Shown here: positions 31,053 through 41,086 of the stretch, in pieces
Position numbering within the stretch: the first letter of the stretch is position 1
Layout: every line of letters starts with the position of its first letter
Assembly: GCA_963676545.2 (NCBI GenBank)
Contig: CAXXRG010000002.1
Location: 535,990 to 599,989 of the forward strand
DNA: 64,000 bases
Direction of reading: 5' to 3'
From: an uncultured Martelella sp.
Lineage (GTDB): Bacteria > Pseudomonadota > Alphaproteobacteria > Rhizobiales > Rhizobiaceae
The notes under the pieces: model-generated
What the model was told of the DNA's origin: nothing
Databases searched by the model: none
Seen by the model: only the letters and a program-made list of their open reading frames with translations
Program-made: the position numbers and the translations under genes

Positions 31053-31406
31053 ATGGCGGCAACGCTTTACGGCATTAAAAACTGCGACACGATGAAGAAG
31101 GCCTGGACCTGGCTTGACGCGCACGACATCGCCTATGCGTTCCACGATTACAAGAAGGCCGGGATTGATCGCGGCCATCTGGAACGTTGGTGCGATGAGG
31201 CAGGATGGGAAAAGGTGCTGAACCGCGCCGGCATGACCTTCCGCAAGCTGGATGACGCTGAAAAGCAGGATCTCGACCGGGACAAGGCGATCGCGCTGAT
31301 GCTCGAAAAGCCCTCGATGATCAAACGTCCGGTGCTGGAGGATGGCGACCGGCTGATCGTCGGCTTCAAACCGGATGACTACGCAGCGTTTTTCGGCAAG
31401 GCGTAA
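31053..31406 (+). CDS. ArsC/Spx-like (YffB) protein
   Basis: LYGIKNCDTMKKA, PSMIKRPVL. Confidence 0.9.
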   Translation: MAATLYGIKNCDTMKKAWTWLDAHDIAYAFHDYKKAGIDRGHLERWCDEAGWEKVLNRAGMTFRKLDDAEKQDLDRDKAIALMLEKPSMIKRPVLEDGDRLIVGFKPDDYAAFFGKA

Positions 31407-31410
31407 GGCG

Positions 31411-31884
31411 ATGGCGAGAACGACGCAGGCGACCCGGTTTCTCGACAAGGCCGGCGTCACGTATACGATCCAGCAATATGACTATGACCCGAACGCCTTC
31501 AAGGTGGGGCTGCAGGCGGCGGAGGCCATCGGCGAGCCGGCGGAACGCGTTTTGAAAACGCTGATGGCCGAGGTCGATGGCAAGCCGGTCTGCGCCGTTT
31601 TGCCGTCCAATGCCGAAGCGTCGATGAAGAAGCTTGCCGCCGTCTTCAAGGGCAAGCATGCGCATATGCTGGATGTGCCCGCCGCCGAGCGGCTTTCGGG
31701 ATATCATGTCGGCGGCATTTCGCCCTTCGGCCAGAGAAAGCGCGTGCCGGTGGTCTTTGAAGCCGCCGCCCTTGGCCACCCTTACGTGATCATGAATGGC
31801 GGCCAGCGCGGCCTTCAGGTGAAGCTCGCGCCGCAAGATGCGGTGAAAGCGCTCGGTGCTCAAACGGCGGGCATTATCGCATAA
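31411..31884 (+). CDS. ybaK: Cys-tRNA(Pro) deacylase
   Basis: LKTL, GYHVGGISPFGQRK, NGGQRGL. Confidence 0.88.
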   Translation: MARTTQATRFLDKAGVTYTIQQYDYDPNAFKVGLQAAEAIGEPAERVLKTLMAEVDGKPVCAVLPSNAEASMKKLAAVFKGKHAHMLDVPAAERLSGYHVGGISPFGQRKRVPVVFEAAALGHPYVIMNGGQRGLQVKLAPQDAVKALGAQTAGIIA

Positions 31885-31893
31885 TACCAAGGG

Positions 31894-32664
31894 TCAGATC
31901 GGATCGCCCCGCGCTGCCTCGCGCGCCTTTGCCAGCGCTTCGGGCGCGAAGGCCGAGCAGGGCGGACTGGTCTCGATCACGGCGTAGAGGTCGTTGCGCT
32001 TGATGGCGTCCTCGACAAAGGCGAGCCGGTCCTTGCCCTGGAGCGCGATTACGGTGTCGCGCAGGATCGGCGCCGGCTCATTGCCGTAGCGGCGCGCCTG
32101 CCGGGCTTCGACATAATAGCGGATATCCGGATTGAGCCGGATGTCGGACCAGTCCTCGACCTCCGCAAGTGCCGGAAGCGCGAAGGAGTTTCCGGTCGCG
32201 GCATAGCCGACGAGCCTGTCGAGAAGCCCCATGATGCGGCTTTCTTCCGCATTGATGTACGGACGACCAGGTTTGCCGCAGAACAGACCCTCGGTCGGTG
32301 TTGCAAAATCGTAGGAATAAAGTTCGCGTAACTCCTCGCTTACCTCGATGACGATGCAGAACGATGAGGCTGCGCGGTTGGTCTCAAGCACATGAAGCTT
32401 CCAGGCTTCCAGTCCTTTGTTGAACGCGTGCGTGAAGGCGAATTCGGGATAGCGTCGGTTGTAGATGAGATACTCGAACACGATTTCGGCAGAGCAATTA
32501 TTAATTCCCGCCCCCATTGCTTCCAGATCGGCAATCATGGCATCCTCTTCTGCGCTGTACTCGTCCATAAAATCCGGATGAGGGTGGTCCGCGAAAGACC
32601 AATTTGCCTGCGCCGGCAAAGCCGCCGAAAACAGAAACAGGCAGGAAGCAGATAGTAGGCGCAT
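31894..32664 (-). CDS. Hypothetical secreted protein (256 aa)
   Basis: Signal peptide MRLLSASCLFLFSAALPAQA; no family recognised. Confidence 0.6.
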   Translation of the reverse strand: MRLLSASCLFLFSAALPAQANWSFADHPHPDFMDEYSAEEDAMIADLEAMGAGINNCSAEIVFEYLIYNRRYPEFAFTHAFNKGLEAWKLHVLETNRAASSFCIVIEVSEELRELYSYDFATPTEGLFCGKPGRPYINAEESRIMGLLDRLVGYAATGNSFALPALAEVEDWSDIRLNPDIRYYVEARQARRYGNEPAPILRDTVIALQGKDRLAFVEDAIKRNDLYAVIETSPPCSAFAPEALAKAREAARGDPI

Positions 32665-32740
32665 CGGTATTCTCCCCGTAAATCCCCGTATGAGTAATAG
32701 GCGCTACGATAGGTTTTTACAACCTTACGGAGTGCTCAGC

Positions 32741-33163
32741 ATGCGTGAACCGGAAAAGGATCCCGACCAGTGCCGTCAACGGCGCAAAACAGCGGTGGAG
32801 ATCAACAACAGGATCAAAGATGCAGCCGATGCCTACAGAGAGGCTACCCGTCGATACGAAAAAGCCAGATCTGATAGAGCGAGCGCTCAAAATGAAGTCT
32901 ACAGATTGCAGGCCGCGCAAGCAGCCGCAACGGCAGCCGGTCTGGCGCCAAACCCGGTGGTTCGAGGCGGAGCCAGCGTCGCCGGAATAGGTCTGGAAAT
33001 AGCCTTGACGCGCGCTGAGGAAAAGCTGCGTCGACTTGATGGTGAAAGCATGACGAGCAGGAACGATATGGAAAGCGCCAAGGAAAAGCAGCGCTTTGGG
33101 AGCGACAAGCTCGCGGAGAATGCTGCTGAGATGCGCGCCCTGAACTGCGTATTTTCCTACTAG
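32741..33163 (+). CDS. Hypothetical coiled-coil protein (140 aa)
   Basis: Heptad-like helices flanking an Ala/Gly-rich hydrophobic segment; GGAG before ATG 32741. Confidence 0.55.
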   Translation: MREPEKDPDQCRQRRKTAVEINNRIKDAADAYREATRRYEKARSDRASAQNEVYRLQAAQAAATAAGLAPNPVVRGGASVAGIGLEIALTRAEEKLRRLDGESMTSRNDMESAKEKQRFGSDKLAENAAEMRALNCVFSY

Positions 33164-33251
33164 CCTGGTTCGAGGAGGCCGGGCCGCTTCAATTTCGCCC
33201 GAAAACGCACTAGATAGGGTCACGATCCATCAATCTGTTAGCGAGGCGACC

Positions 33252-34508
33252 ATGAACGCTGCCCCCCGGCTTCCCCACCCCATCGATCTGAAAGCGCTGG
33301 AAAAACTGGCGGAAGTGGCGGTGCATGTCGGCCTCAATCTGTCGGAAGGGCAGGATCTGGTGATGACCGCGCCGATCGAGGCGCAGCCGCTGACGCGGCT
33401 GATCACCCGCCATGCCTACAGGGCCGGCGCCGGCGTGGTGACGACGATCTTCTCCGATCCGCAGGCAACGCTCGAGCGTTTCGAAAACGCCCATGATGCG
33501 AGTTTCGACAAGGCGGCGAACTGGCTCTACGAGGGCATGGGGCTGGCCTATGAGCGCGGCGCCGCGCGGCTGGCGATTGCCGCCGACGACCCGATGCTGC
33601 TTGCAGCCCAGGACCCGGAAAAGGTCTCGCGCGCCAACCGGGCGAATTCGGCCGCCTACAAGCCGGCTCTGGAAAAGATCGCCGGTTTCGACATCAACTG
33701 GAACATCGTCTCCTATCCTTCGCTTGCCTGGGCAAAGACCGTGTTTCCCGATGACCCGGACGCCATGGCGGTGGCGAAACTGGCGAAGGCGATCTTCGCG
33801 GCCTCGCGTGTCGATCAGCCGGATCCGATCGCCGCGTGGAAGGAGCATAACGACAATCTCCACGCCCGGTCGGCCTGGCTCAATGGCAAGCGCTTTTCGG
33901 CGCTGCGTTACAAGGGGCCGGGCACCGATCTCACCATCGGCCTTGCCGACGAGTATGAGTGGAGCGGCGGGGCTTCGCTGGCCAAGAACGGCATCGTCTG
34001 CAATCCCAATATCCCGACCGAGGAAGTGTTCACCACGCCGCACCGGCTCAGGGTCGAAGGTCATGTCTCCTCCACCAAGCCGCTTTCGCACCAGGGCACG
34101 CTGATCGACGATATCCGCGTTCAGTTCGAGGGCGGACGGATCGTTCATGCGGCGGCTGCCAGGGGCGGTGACGTCTTGAACAAGGTGCTGGATACGGATG
34201 AAGGCGCGCGCCGTCTCGGCGAAGTGGCGCTGGTGCCGCATTCCTCGCCGATTTCGGCAAGCGGCATCCTGTTCTACAACACGCTGTTCGACGAAAACGC
34301 CTCCTGCCATATCGCGCTCGGCCAGTGCTATTCGAAATGCTTTATCGACGGCGACAAGCTTTCCGCAGACGAGATCGCGGCCAGGGGCGGCAATGCCTCG
34401 CTGATCCATATCGACTGGATGATCGGCTCGGACAAGATCGACATTGACGGGCTCGATGCAGACGGCAACGCCACGCCGGTGATGCGCGGCGGCGAATGGG
34501 CCGACTGA
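33252..34508 (+). CDS. M29 aminopeptidase (AmpS/PepT-like)
   Basis: CNPNIPTEEVFTTP, GARRLGEVALVP, TLFDENASCHIALG, SLIHIDWMIG. Confidence 0.92.
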   Translation: MNAAPRLPHPIDLKALEKLAEVAVHVGLNLSEGQDLVMTAPIEAQPLTRLITRHAYRAGAGVVTTIFSDPQATLERFENAHDASFDKAANWLYEGMGLAYERGAARLAIAADDPMLLAAQDPEKVSRANRANSAAYKPALEKIAGFDINWNIVSYPSLAWAKTVFPDDPDAMAVAKLAKAIFAASRVDQPDPIAAWKEHNDNLHARSAWLNGKRFSALRYKGPGTDLTIGLADEYEWSGGASLAKNGIVCNPNIPTEEVFTTPHRLRVEGHVSSTKPLSHQGTLIDDIRVQFEGGRIVHAAAARGGDVLNKVLDTDEGARRLGEVALVPHSSPISASGILFYNTLFDENASCHIALGQCYSKCFIDGDKLSADEIAARGGNASLIHIDWMIGSDKIDIDGLDADGNATPVMRGGEWAD

Positions 34509-34566
34509 TGACGAGAAAGGCTTCCTGAAAAACAGTAGCCCCGGCTGCGGGCCGGAAACGTGCCGC

Positions 34567-36051
34567 TCAGAACAGGCTGCCCTGTTCGGGCGGCTTTGTC
34601 TTGGCCGCCGGCTTTTTCCGGGTCTGCTTTGTTTTTGCGGGCGGCGGTATTTCCTCTGCCGGCTGGGCTGCTGCGGCAGCACTTTCGCCCGTTACCGCAC
34701 TGACGCGGCCATCGGCAAATTCGATCTCGACGGCCTGTGCCTTCCCTAGACCTGCGGCGCGGGATACCGGCTTGTTCTCGCCGTCGCGGATCACGGCGAA
34801 GCCCCGCGCAAGCACGTTCTTGTAGGATAGGGAATTCAGCACCCGATGCTGGCTCGCAAGGGTGGCGCGGTGGGTTTTCAGACCGGCGGCAATCGCCGTG
34901 TCCGCGCGGGCGGCAAGCACCGAGACCTGCTCGCGGTCGCGCGCCACCATCATCGAAAGCCGCTGGGGCATGCCGGAAAGGCCGGAGGCGCTGCGCTCGA
35001 ATGTCCGGCGCTTGTTGATCGTGTTGAGTTCCAGAGCCCGCGTGAGCCGCAGCGCGGCCTCATCGAAACGGCGACGCGGAAGCGCCAGCAACTGGTCGAG
35101 CGAGGGCAGGCCGCGTGACAGGCCCGTGAGCGTCTGGCGATGGAAGTCCATCAGCCGCGCCATGGCCGAGGACAGACGCGCGGCCTGCCGTGCCTGGTCG
35201 GCGACGAGTTCCGCCTTCACCGGAACGGCGCGTTCGGCGGCCCCCGTCGGGGTCGGCGCGCGGTAATCGGCGGCATGGTCGATCAGCGTCCAGTCGGTCT
35301 CATGGCCGACGGCGGAGATCAGCGGAATGTCGCTTTCATAGGCGGCGCGCACCACGGCCTCGTCGTTGAAGCTCCAGAGATCTTCAAGCGAGCCGCCGCC
35401 GCGCGCGACGATCAGCACATCCGGCCGCTTGATCGGACCGTCTGGCGCAAGCGCATTGAAGCCGCGTATGGCGGCGGCTACGGCATCGCCGGAACCCTCT
35501 CCCTGTACCTTCACCGGCCAGACAACGACATGAACGGGAAAGCGGTCGGTGATGCGATGGAGAATGTCGCGGATGACCGCGCCGGTCGGCGAGGTGACGA
35601 CGCCGACGACGCGCGGCATGAAGGGGATCGGCTTCTTGGCCTCCGCGTCGAACAGGCCCTCGGCGGCAAGCTTCTTGCGCCGTTCCTCCAGCAGCGCCAT
35701 CAGCGCGCCGGCGCCGGCGGGTTCCAGCGATTCGATGACGATCTGGTATTTCGATGCGCCGGGGAAGGTGGTGACCTTGCCGGTGGCAATCACCTCCATG
35801 CCTTCCTCCGGCTTGATCTTCAGGCCCGAGAATACGCCGCGCCAGATGACGGCGTCGATGCGCGCGCGCTCGTCCTTCAGCGAAAAATAGGCATGTCCCG
35901 AGGAATGCTGGCCGCGAAAGCCGGAAATTTCGCCGCGCAGGCGAATGCGGTCGAACCGGTCCTCCACCGTGCGCTTGATCGAGCCGGAGAGCTCGGAGAC
36001 GGTAAACTCGGTCAGGTTGGTGGCTGATTCGGCGTCAAAAAGATTGCTCAT
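34567..36051 (-). CDS. xseA: Exodeoxyribonuclease VII large subunit
   Basis: [51 protein letters not shown]. Confidence 0.96.
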   Translation of the reverse strand: MSNLFDAESATNLTEFTVSELSGSIKRTVEDRFDRIRLRGEISGFRGQHSSGHAYFSLKDERARIDAVIWRGVFSGLKIKPEEGMEVIATGKVTTFPGASKYQIVIESLEPAGAGALMALLEERRKKLAAEGLFDAEAKKPIPFMPRVVGVVTSPTGAVIRDILHRITDRFPVHVVVWPVKVQGEGSGDAVAAAIRGFNALAPDGPIKRPDVLIVARGGGSLEDLWSFNDEAVVRAAYESDIPLISAVGHETDWTLIDHAADYRAPTPTGAAERAVPVKAELVADQARQAARLSSAMARLMDFHRQTLTGLSRGLPSLDQLLALPRRRFDEAALRLTRALELNTINKRRTFERSASGLSGMPQRLSMMVARDREQVSVLAARADTAIAAGLKTHRATLASQHRVLNSLSYKNVLARGFAVIRDGENKPVSRAAGLGKAQAVEIEFADGRVSAVTGESAAAAAQPAEEIPPPAKTKQTRKKPAAKTKPPEQGSLF

Positions 36052-36162
36052 GGCCTCAGTCTAGCCGATTGATCCCCGTCTTTCACCGTCGATCCCCTGA
36101 AATTCCCGCCCGCTGTAGTTCTGGCAGACTCTCCGAAATCAACGTCTAACAGGAGGACTGCC

Positions 36163-36426
36163 ATGACAGATCGTTTTTCCTCACGCAATGCCACGCCGAC
36201 AAGCCCGGCCTATGACGGTTTCGAGATTATCCCCGATGACGCCGTTCCGCTGGAAGAGGTCACGCGGGCCGTCTATGTGGGCATTGGCGGCAGCATGACC
36301 GCGACCTTGATCTCCGGCGAGACCGTGACTTTCGAGAACCTGCCCTCCGGCTTCGTTCTGCCCGTTCGCATCAGTCATGTGCTGGTCACCGGCACGACAG
36401 CAGGCGCACTGGTGGGGCTGGTATGA
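36163..36426 (+). CDS. GTA/phage head-spike base protein (RcGTA Rcc01079-like)
   Basis: Pattern DxF...TSPA...I.PDD...RAVYVG.GG...G..VTF...LPVR...V..TGTTA..LVG resembles recalled Rcc01079; RBS AGGAGG. Confidence 0.75.
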   Translation: MTDRFSSRNATPTSPAYDGFEIIPDDAVPLEEVTRAVYVGIGGSMTATLISGETVTFENLPSGFVLPVRISHVLVTGTTAGALVGLV

Positions 36427-37730
36427 GGATCGCGAACGGAATATCCCTGTCGGGCACCGATCAGGGCTCCGGCGGGTTTCAGGTCGCCCCGGCTCTTCGC
36501 GCCGATGTGGCGGGCGGCGGCGGGAAATTCGGACCGGCGGCGGTGCTCGACTTTGCCGGCAACCAACATGCACTGCCGCGTCTTCCGTCATCCGCTATCG
36601 CTCTGGCATCACCCTCCGAACTGGCGATGCTTTCCGCCGTTCCCCTTGATCGTCTGGTCTCCTTTGCCCGCCCCGGCAACGCCACCTATGTCGATGAGGG
36701 CGGCGTGATCAGGATCGCAGCGGCAGATGTGCCGCGCTTCGATTACACCAATGGCCGTCGGCAACTGCTGCTCGAGGGGCCCGCGACCAATGTGCTCAAT
36801 GCCTATGCCGCGCCTTCGACGTTCGCGGGCGTGACCAAATCCGGTCAATCAGCGGGCGAGGCGATCCTCTCCATTGAAGACGACGCGGAGGCGCTGACCG
36901 CTGCGGGCCTTGCGGTGCTGACGGGGGGGAAGTGCTACAAGCTCGACAATACCGCCGGCGCCAAGACAGCCAATCTGCGGTTTCTGACGACCTTTGACAG
37001 CACATCGCCCAAGGTTTTGTCCGTCTGGATGCGGGGAAGCGATGGCATGGGCATAAGGACCGGTTACGGCGGCTATCCCTTAAAGCCAACCAGCCCGGAC
37101 GCCTATCGGCGCGTGAGCGTCAACACGACCGAGATCGCGGTCGGCGGCACGAATGCCGCCGATCTTCTCGAAGTCGGGGTTCCGGCGGGCGGCGTTGGCT
37201 ATGTCGTTTGTCCGCAGGTCGAGGCGGGGCTGGTTCCATCGTCCTACATTCCGACCTATGGCACGGCCGTTACGCGGCCGGCGGACAAGGCGCGGCTGAC
37301 CGATGCCGTGGCGGCAGTGCTGCAGCGAAATGAGGCTTCCCTGCTGGTCCAGTTCGAAAGCCTGACCGGCTCTGCCGGCCGGATCGTGGGCGGGGCCGGC
37401 GACTATTCCTTGCTCGGCTTTTCGGGAGCCGATCTCAATGTTGACCAGACTGCTGTTCTGGCGTCCGGCCTGGCCCGGCCAGTCCCGCGCGCAGGCGCTG
37501 CGTTTACATTCGACAGGTCAGGCGAATATGTCGGGGGGGCCTACAACGCAAACGCTGTGGTCTCCGAGAGCCGGGATCTGCTGGGCGATATAGCCAAGAT
37601 CTATCTCGGCCGCGACGAGAACGCGACGACGGCCGATCGCTTTGCCTCCGGCTGGTACGATCAACTGGTGATCTGGCCGTTCCGGATGACGGACGCAGAG
37701 CTTCAAAGACTGGCGGTGCCCTATGCGTGA
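36423..37730 (+). CDS. GTA/phage head-spike fibre protein (Rcc01080-like) with C-terminal lectin-like extension
   Basis: AAVLDF, RPGNATYVD, DVPRFDYTNGRRQLLLEGPATN, PQVEAG...SSYIPT...VTRPAD resemble recalled Rcc01080; ATGA overlap with upstream gene. Confidence 0.75.
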   Translation: MRIANGISLSGTDQGSGGFQVAPALRADVAGGGGKFGPAAVLDFAGNQHALPRLPSSAIALASPSELAMLSAVPLDRLVSFARPGNATYVDEGGVIRIAAADVPRFDYTNGRRQLLLEGPATNVLNAYAAPSTFAGVTKSGQSAGEAILSIEDDAEALTAAGLAVLTGGKCYKLDNTAGAKTANLRFLTTFDSTSPKVLSVWMRGSDGMGIRTGYGGYPLKPTSPDAYRRVSVNTTEIAVGGTNAADLLEVGVPAGGVGYVVCPQVEAGLVPSSYIPTYGTAVTRPADKARLTDAVAAVLQRNEASLLVQFESLTGSAGRIVGGAGDYSLLGFSGADLNVDQTAVLASGLARPVPRAGAAFTFDRSGEYVGGAYNANAVVSESRDLLGDIAKIYLGRDENATTADRFASGWYDQLVIWPFRMTDAELQRLAVPYA

Positions 37731-38055
37731 TGTGTTTCTGAAGTTTGAAGACCATGGCGAGGCCCTGGCGGTTCTCAATGCCGTCGGCGTGACGGAACCG
37801 CTCGCTTACCGCGACGCCGGCCTGCCGGATGGCATGCTGGCGCTGAAGCCCGTCGGCGCGGATTGCGATGGGCTCGTCTATGCACAGACCGGAGAAACGG
37901 CGACGATCGGCGACGGTGCCGATTGTCCGGTGATGGCGCTGGTCACAGGGTTTCACGTCAACATCCGCATGGAAGATGATGTGACGCTGCCGGCAGAACT
38001 TGCCGTCCACGCGCTTGCGCCCGAGCCGGCAACGCCGGCCGAACGCTTCGCCTGA
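37723..38055 (+). CDS. Small acidic phage-like protein coupled to the fibre gene (possible assembly chaperone)
   Basis: MRDVFLKF..., GFHVNIR, P.TP..RFA; 8-bp overlap with fibre gene. Confidence 0.6.
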   Translation: MRDVFLKFEDHGEALAVLNAVGVTEPLAYRDAGLPDGMLALKPVGADCDGLVYAQTGETATIGDGADCPVMALVTGFHVNIRMEDDVTLPAELAVHALAPEPATPAERFA

Positions 38056-38065
38056 TGAAGCAAGA

Positions 38066-38090
38066 AGAAATGGCGACCCGCCGGGCCGCC
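38066..38090. terminator. Hairpin between convergent phage-like gene and dnaA
   Basis: AATGGCG-ACCCGCCGGGC-CGCCATT. Confidence 0.45.
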
Positions 38091-38148
38091 ATTCCTGATC
38101 GATCGATCGGCGCATGAGCCGGATCGCGCCTTGCGCTTCGCAGCAAGG

Positions 38149-39696
38149 CTATTCGTTGATCAGTCGCTTCAGCAGCTCGACTTCCTGCGACAGCTTCTGG
38201 TCCTTTTCCAGAAGATCCTCGATCTTGCGCACCGCATGCAGCACCGTGGTGTGATCGCGTCCGCCGAAGCGGCGACCGATTTCCGGGAAGGACCGGGGCG
38301 TCATGGTTTTCGCCAGGAACATGGCGATCTGGCGCGGCTTGACGATCACCCGTGTGCGGCGGTTGGACACCAGTTCCTGGCGCGTCACGCAGTAGTGTCG
38401 GGCGACCACGCGCTGAATGTCCTCGATGCGCACCCGTTTCGGCTCGCCCGTGCCGACAAGATGCACCAGCAATTCGTCAACCCGTTCGATCGAAAGATCC
38501 GGCTCGAAGGAGCGGCGGAACAGCAACTGGTTGAATGCACCCTCAAGTTCGCGACCGCTCGCCGTCACCTTGCGGGCGACATGATCCAGAACGGTTTCGG
38601 CGATATCGATTGACGGGTCTTCCTGCCGCGCGACGGCGAGCCTGCGCTTCAGCATTTCAAGCCGCATGGCATAGTCCGGGGCCTCGATCTCGAGCGATAC
38701 GCCGCCGGTGAGTCGCGAACGCACGCGTGGGTCAAGCGATTCGAGCTCCCAGGGAGCGCGATCGGCGGCGACGACGACCTGCTTGGCGCTGTCGAGCAGC
38801 GTGTTCAAGAGATGGCAGAATTCGTGCTGGATCATCTTGCCCTGCAGAAACTGCATGTCGTCGATGACCAGGAGATCGATGTTGCGCAGCGAATCCTTCA
38901 GCGTCAGCGCGTCATTGTCGCGGATCGCGGTGGCGAATTTCCACATGAAGTATTCTGCCGTCAGATAGACCACGCGCTGCTTCTCCGGGGCGGCCAGCGC
39001 GGCATTGGCGATGGCCTGCAGAAGATGCGTCTTGCCGAGGCCGACGGAGGAATGAATGAAGAGCGGATTGAACCGCACAGCCGCCATGCCGGATTCGGCG
39101 ATGGTCTTGGCCGCGGCGAAGGCGACACGGTTTGACGAGCCCTCAACGAAGCTGTCGAAGGTGAAAAAGGGATCGAGCGGCGAGCCGAAAACGGTTCTGG
39201 CGCCATGGCCCGCACCGCGGACCGGGCCGCCTTCGGGCTCGGGCATCAGCGGCTGATCGTTGACGGCGCGCGGAACCGGGCGGGCGGTGGTCGTCTGCTG
39301 GGGCAGCACCGGCTTCGGCTTTTCCTCGGGCGCCTGCGGACGCTGGGCGCGCGTTGCCGAACGCACCAGCACCTCGACCTTGAGCACCTGCGGGCGCTCC
39401 GTACGCGCCAGCTCGCACAAAAGGTCGAGATAGTGGTTGTTGATCCACGACTTCAGGAATGCGGTCGGGACCGAGAAACGGATAACGCTCTTTGAAGAGG
39501 AGTGCAGCTTCAGCCGCCCGAACCAGCTTGCATAGACATCGGTGCCCACATGGGCCTTGAGCGCTGTGCAGAAGCGCTCGAAAAACTGATCTTCGGTACT
39601 CAAGGCAGCGTCCGGCGCGTCATCATGTTCCCCCTTCAAGACCTCTGAAGCGCCTGCACCCTGCTCAGGGCTCGAAGTCACCATCCTCGTTCTCAT
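38149..39696 (-). CDS. dnaA: Chromosomal replication initiator
   Basis: [32 protein letters not shown]-like [23 protein letters not shown]. Start uncertain (39684/39696/39723). Confidence 0.96.
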   Translation of the reverse strand: MRTRMVTSSPEQGAGASEVLKGEHDDAPDAALSTEDQFFERFCTALKAHVGTDVYASWFGRLKLHSSSKSVIRFSVPTAFLKSWINNHYLDLLCELARTERPQVLKVEVLVRSATRAQRPQAPEEKPKPVLPQQTTTARPVPRAVNDQPLMPEPEGGPVRGAGHGARTVFGSPLDPFFTFDSFVEGSSNRVAFAAAKTIAESGMAAVRFNPLFIHSSVGLGKTHLLQAIANAALAAPEKQRVVYLTAEYFMWKFATAIRDNDALTLKDSLRNIDLLVIDDMQFLQGKMIQHEFCHLLNTLLDSAKQVVVAADRAPWELESLDPRVRSRLTGGVSLEIEAPDYAMRLEMLKRRLAVARQEDPSIDIAETVLDHVARKVTASGRELEGAFNQLLFRRSFEPDLSIERVDELLVHLVGTGEPKRVRIEDIQRVVARHYCVTRQELVSNRRTRVIVKPRQIAMFLAKTMTPRSFPEIGRRFGGRDHTTVLHAVRKIEDLLEKDQKLSQEVELLKRLINE

Positions 39697-40151
39697 TCCT
39701 TGCCGCCTTTCAAAAGTCGTCACACAGGCGCAAGCGCTCTTTGCGCTCGCGGCCCGTTTTCCCTTTGACCCCGGTCAGGGGCCTTTCGTTGAAACTGCCC
39801 GGGTCAAAGCCGGGCTTGGGACAATCCCTGCTGAAGCCAGCGCCCTTCCTCGTAAAGGGTGATGCTGGCCGCAAATTGTCCGGTCAGTCGTTCTCGTCCG
39901 TCTTTGTCCCCATTTGCTTTTCGGCCTGAAAAAGGCGCAAAATGACCGTACCGGAATTCATGAAGAAATCCGGCGCGCAACTTGTGATTGTTGGAAGGAC
40001 GAAGTCAAAACGACCCCGCTTCCAGCTTCAGGAAGACAACGCGCTCCTGGAGAACGCGCCCCTCCCGACAAGATCGGGAGCTCAATCCGTCCGCTGATGT
40101 GGGAAGCATTTAGGCAAGAACGGTCGTCAATTTCAACAAGGAATTTTACGC

Positions 40152-40317
40152 GAATCGCCGCTGCCTGCATTGACTCAGGGGGGCGATTTTGACTCGCCGG
40201 CCAGGCCCGCAAAAGAATCGCTTTTGAATCAATTAGATTCAGAAAGTGATCAATTCTCAGAGCCGAATCGCGCTCAAAAAAATAAAATGACTTGACGCGT
40301 TTCGGGGCTTTGGATTC
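40152..40317. promoter_or_regulatory. Cluster of eight GANTC (CcrM) sites upstream of dnaA
   Basis: GANTC at 40152, 40172, 40191, 40215, 40226, 40236, 40265, 40313. Confidence 0.65.
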
Positions 40318-40440
40318 GGGTCAAAAACGGTGGAAATGTGACCTTCCTCCTGCAACCTATTGAAAAAGCGTAATAAAAATCGTCATTTTTGTGACATCTG
40401 GATGAGACGCCATTGTCATGAAGGACAAGCCTATGAAGAA

Positions 40441-40470
40441 AAACAAAAAACCCGGCCAAGGGCCGGGTTT
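40441..40470 (-). terminator. Rho-independent terminator of rpsT
   Basis: CCCGGCC-AAG-GGCCGGG with an A-run on the plus strand (U-tail on minus). Confidence 0.8.
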
Positions 40471-40495
40471 CTCAAAAAACGATACTTATTCGATC

Positions 40496-40762
40496 TCAGG
40501 CGTTCAGTGCCTTGACCCGCTGAGCGAGACGCGAAACCTTGCGCGACGCGGTATTGCGGTGCAGGACGCCCTTGCCGGCGGCGCGGGCGATTTCCGGCTC
40601 GGCGGCCTTCAGCGCTTCCTTCGCCTGATCGAGGTTGCCGGCTGCGAGCGCCTCTTCAACCTTGCGGACGAAGCCGCGGACACGCGAGCGGCGGGACTTG
40701 TTGATGGCGGTACGGCGGGCCATTTTGCGCGTCGCCTTTTTCGCCGAAGTTGTATTGGCCAT
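40496..40762 (-). CDS. rpsT: 30S ribosomal protein S20
   Basis: [13 protein letters not shown]...[16 protein letters not shown]. Confidence 0.97.
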   Translation of the reverse strand: MANTTSAKKATRKMARRTAINKSRRSRVRGFVRKVEEALAAGNLDQAKEALKAAEPEIARAAGKGVLHRNTASRKVSRLAQRVKALNA

Positions 40763-41086
40763 ATAAGTCTCTCTTCGAATGTGGTCGCAAGCTCCGGCAT
40801 CGGCGGCGCGCCGTTATGGCTCTAGTCGCTTTTCTGCCGGGAGCAATTGATGAAGCGTTCAGCTTTCAACACTGTGGTGCGGGCATATAAAGGCAAACGG
40901 GCGGCCCGTCAATGAACAATTGAAGAAAACGGCGGCTGAAACCGTCAGCCTGTCGTCTCAATACGCCGGCTGCGGCGTGTCGCGCCATTGCCATTGCGCC
41001 GGTCCGTTCTAAACTTCATGCAGGAAACCGGGCCGCGAGGTCATTTCGGTCGCCGGCACGAAACACAAGGCAAAGGGTATAGCAAC

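Noticed and set aside
36052-36162. CtrA site upstream of the head-spike genes
   Set aside because: No TTAA-N7-TTAA found, so GTA-type regulation cannot be supported from sequence.
39724-40495. Replication origin near dnaA
   Set aside because: No TTATCCACA-type DnaA boxes seen by eye; rhizobial origins usually lie near hemE, which is not in the window.
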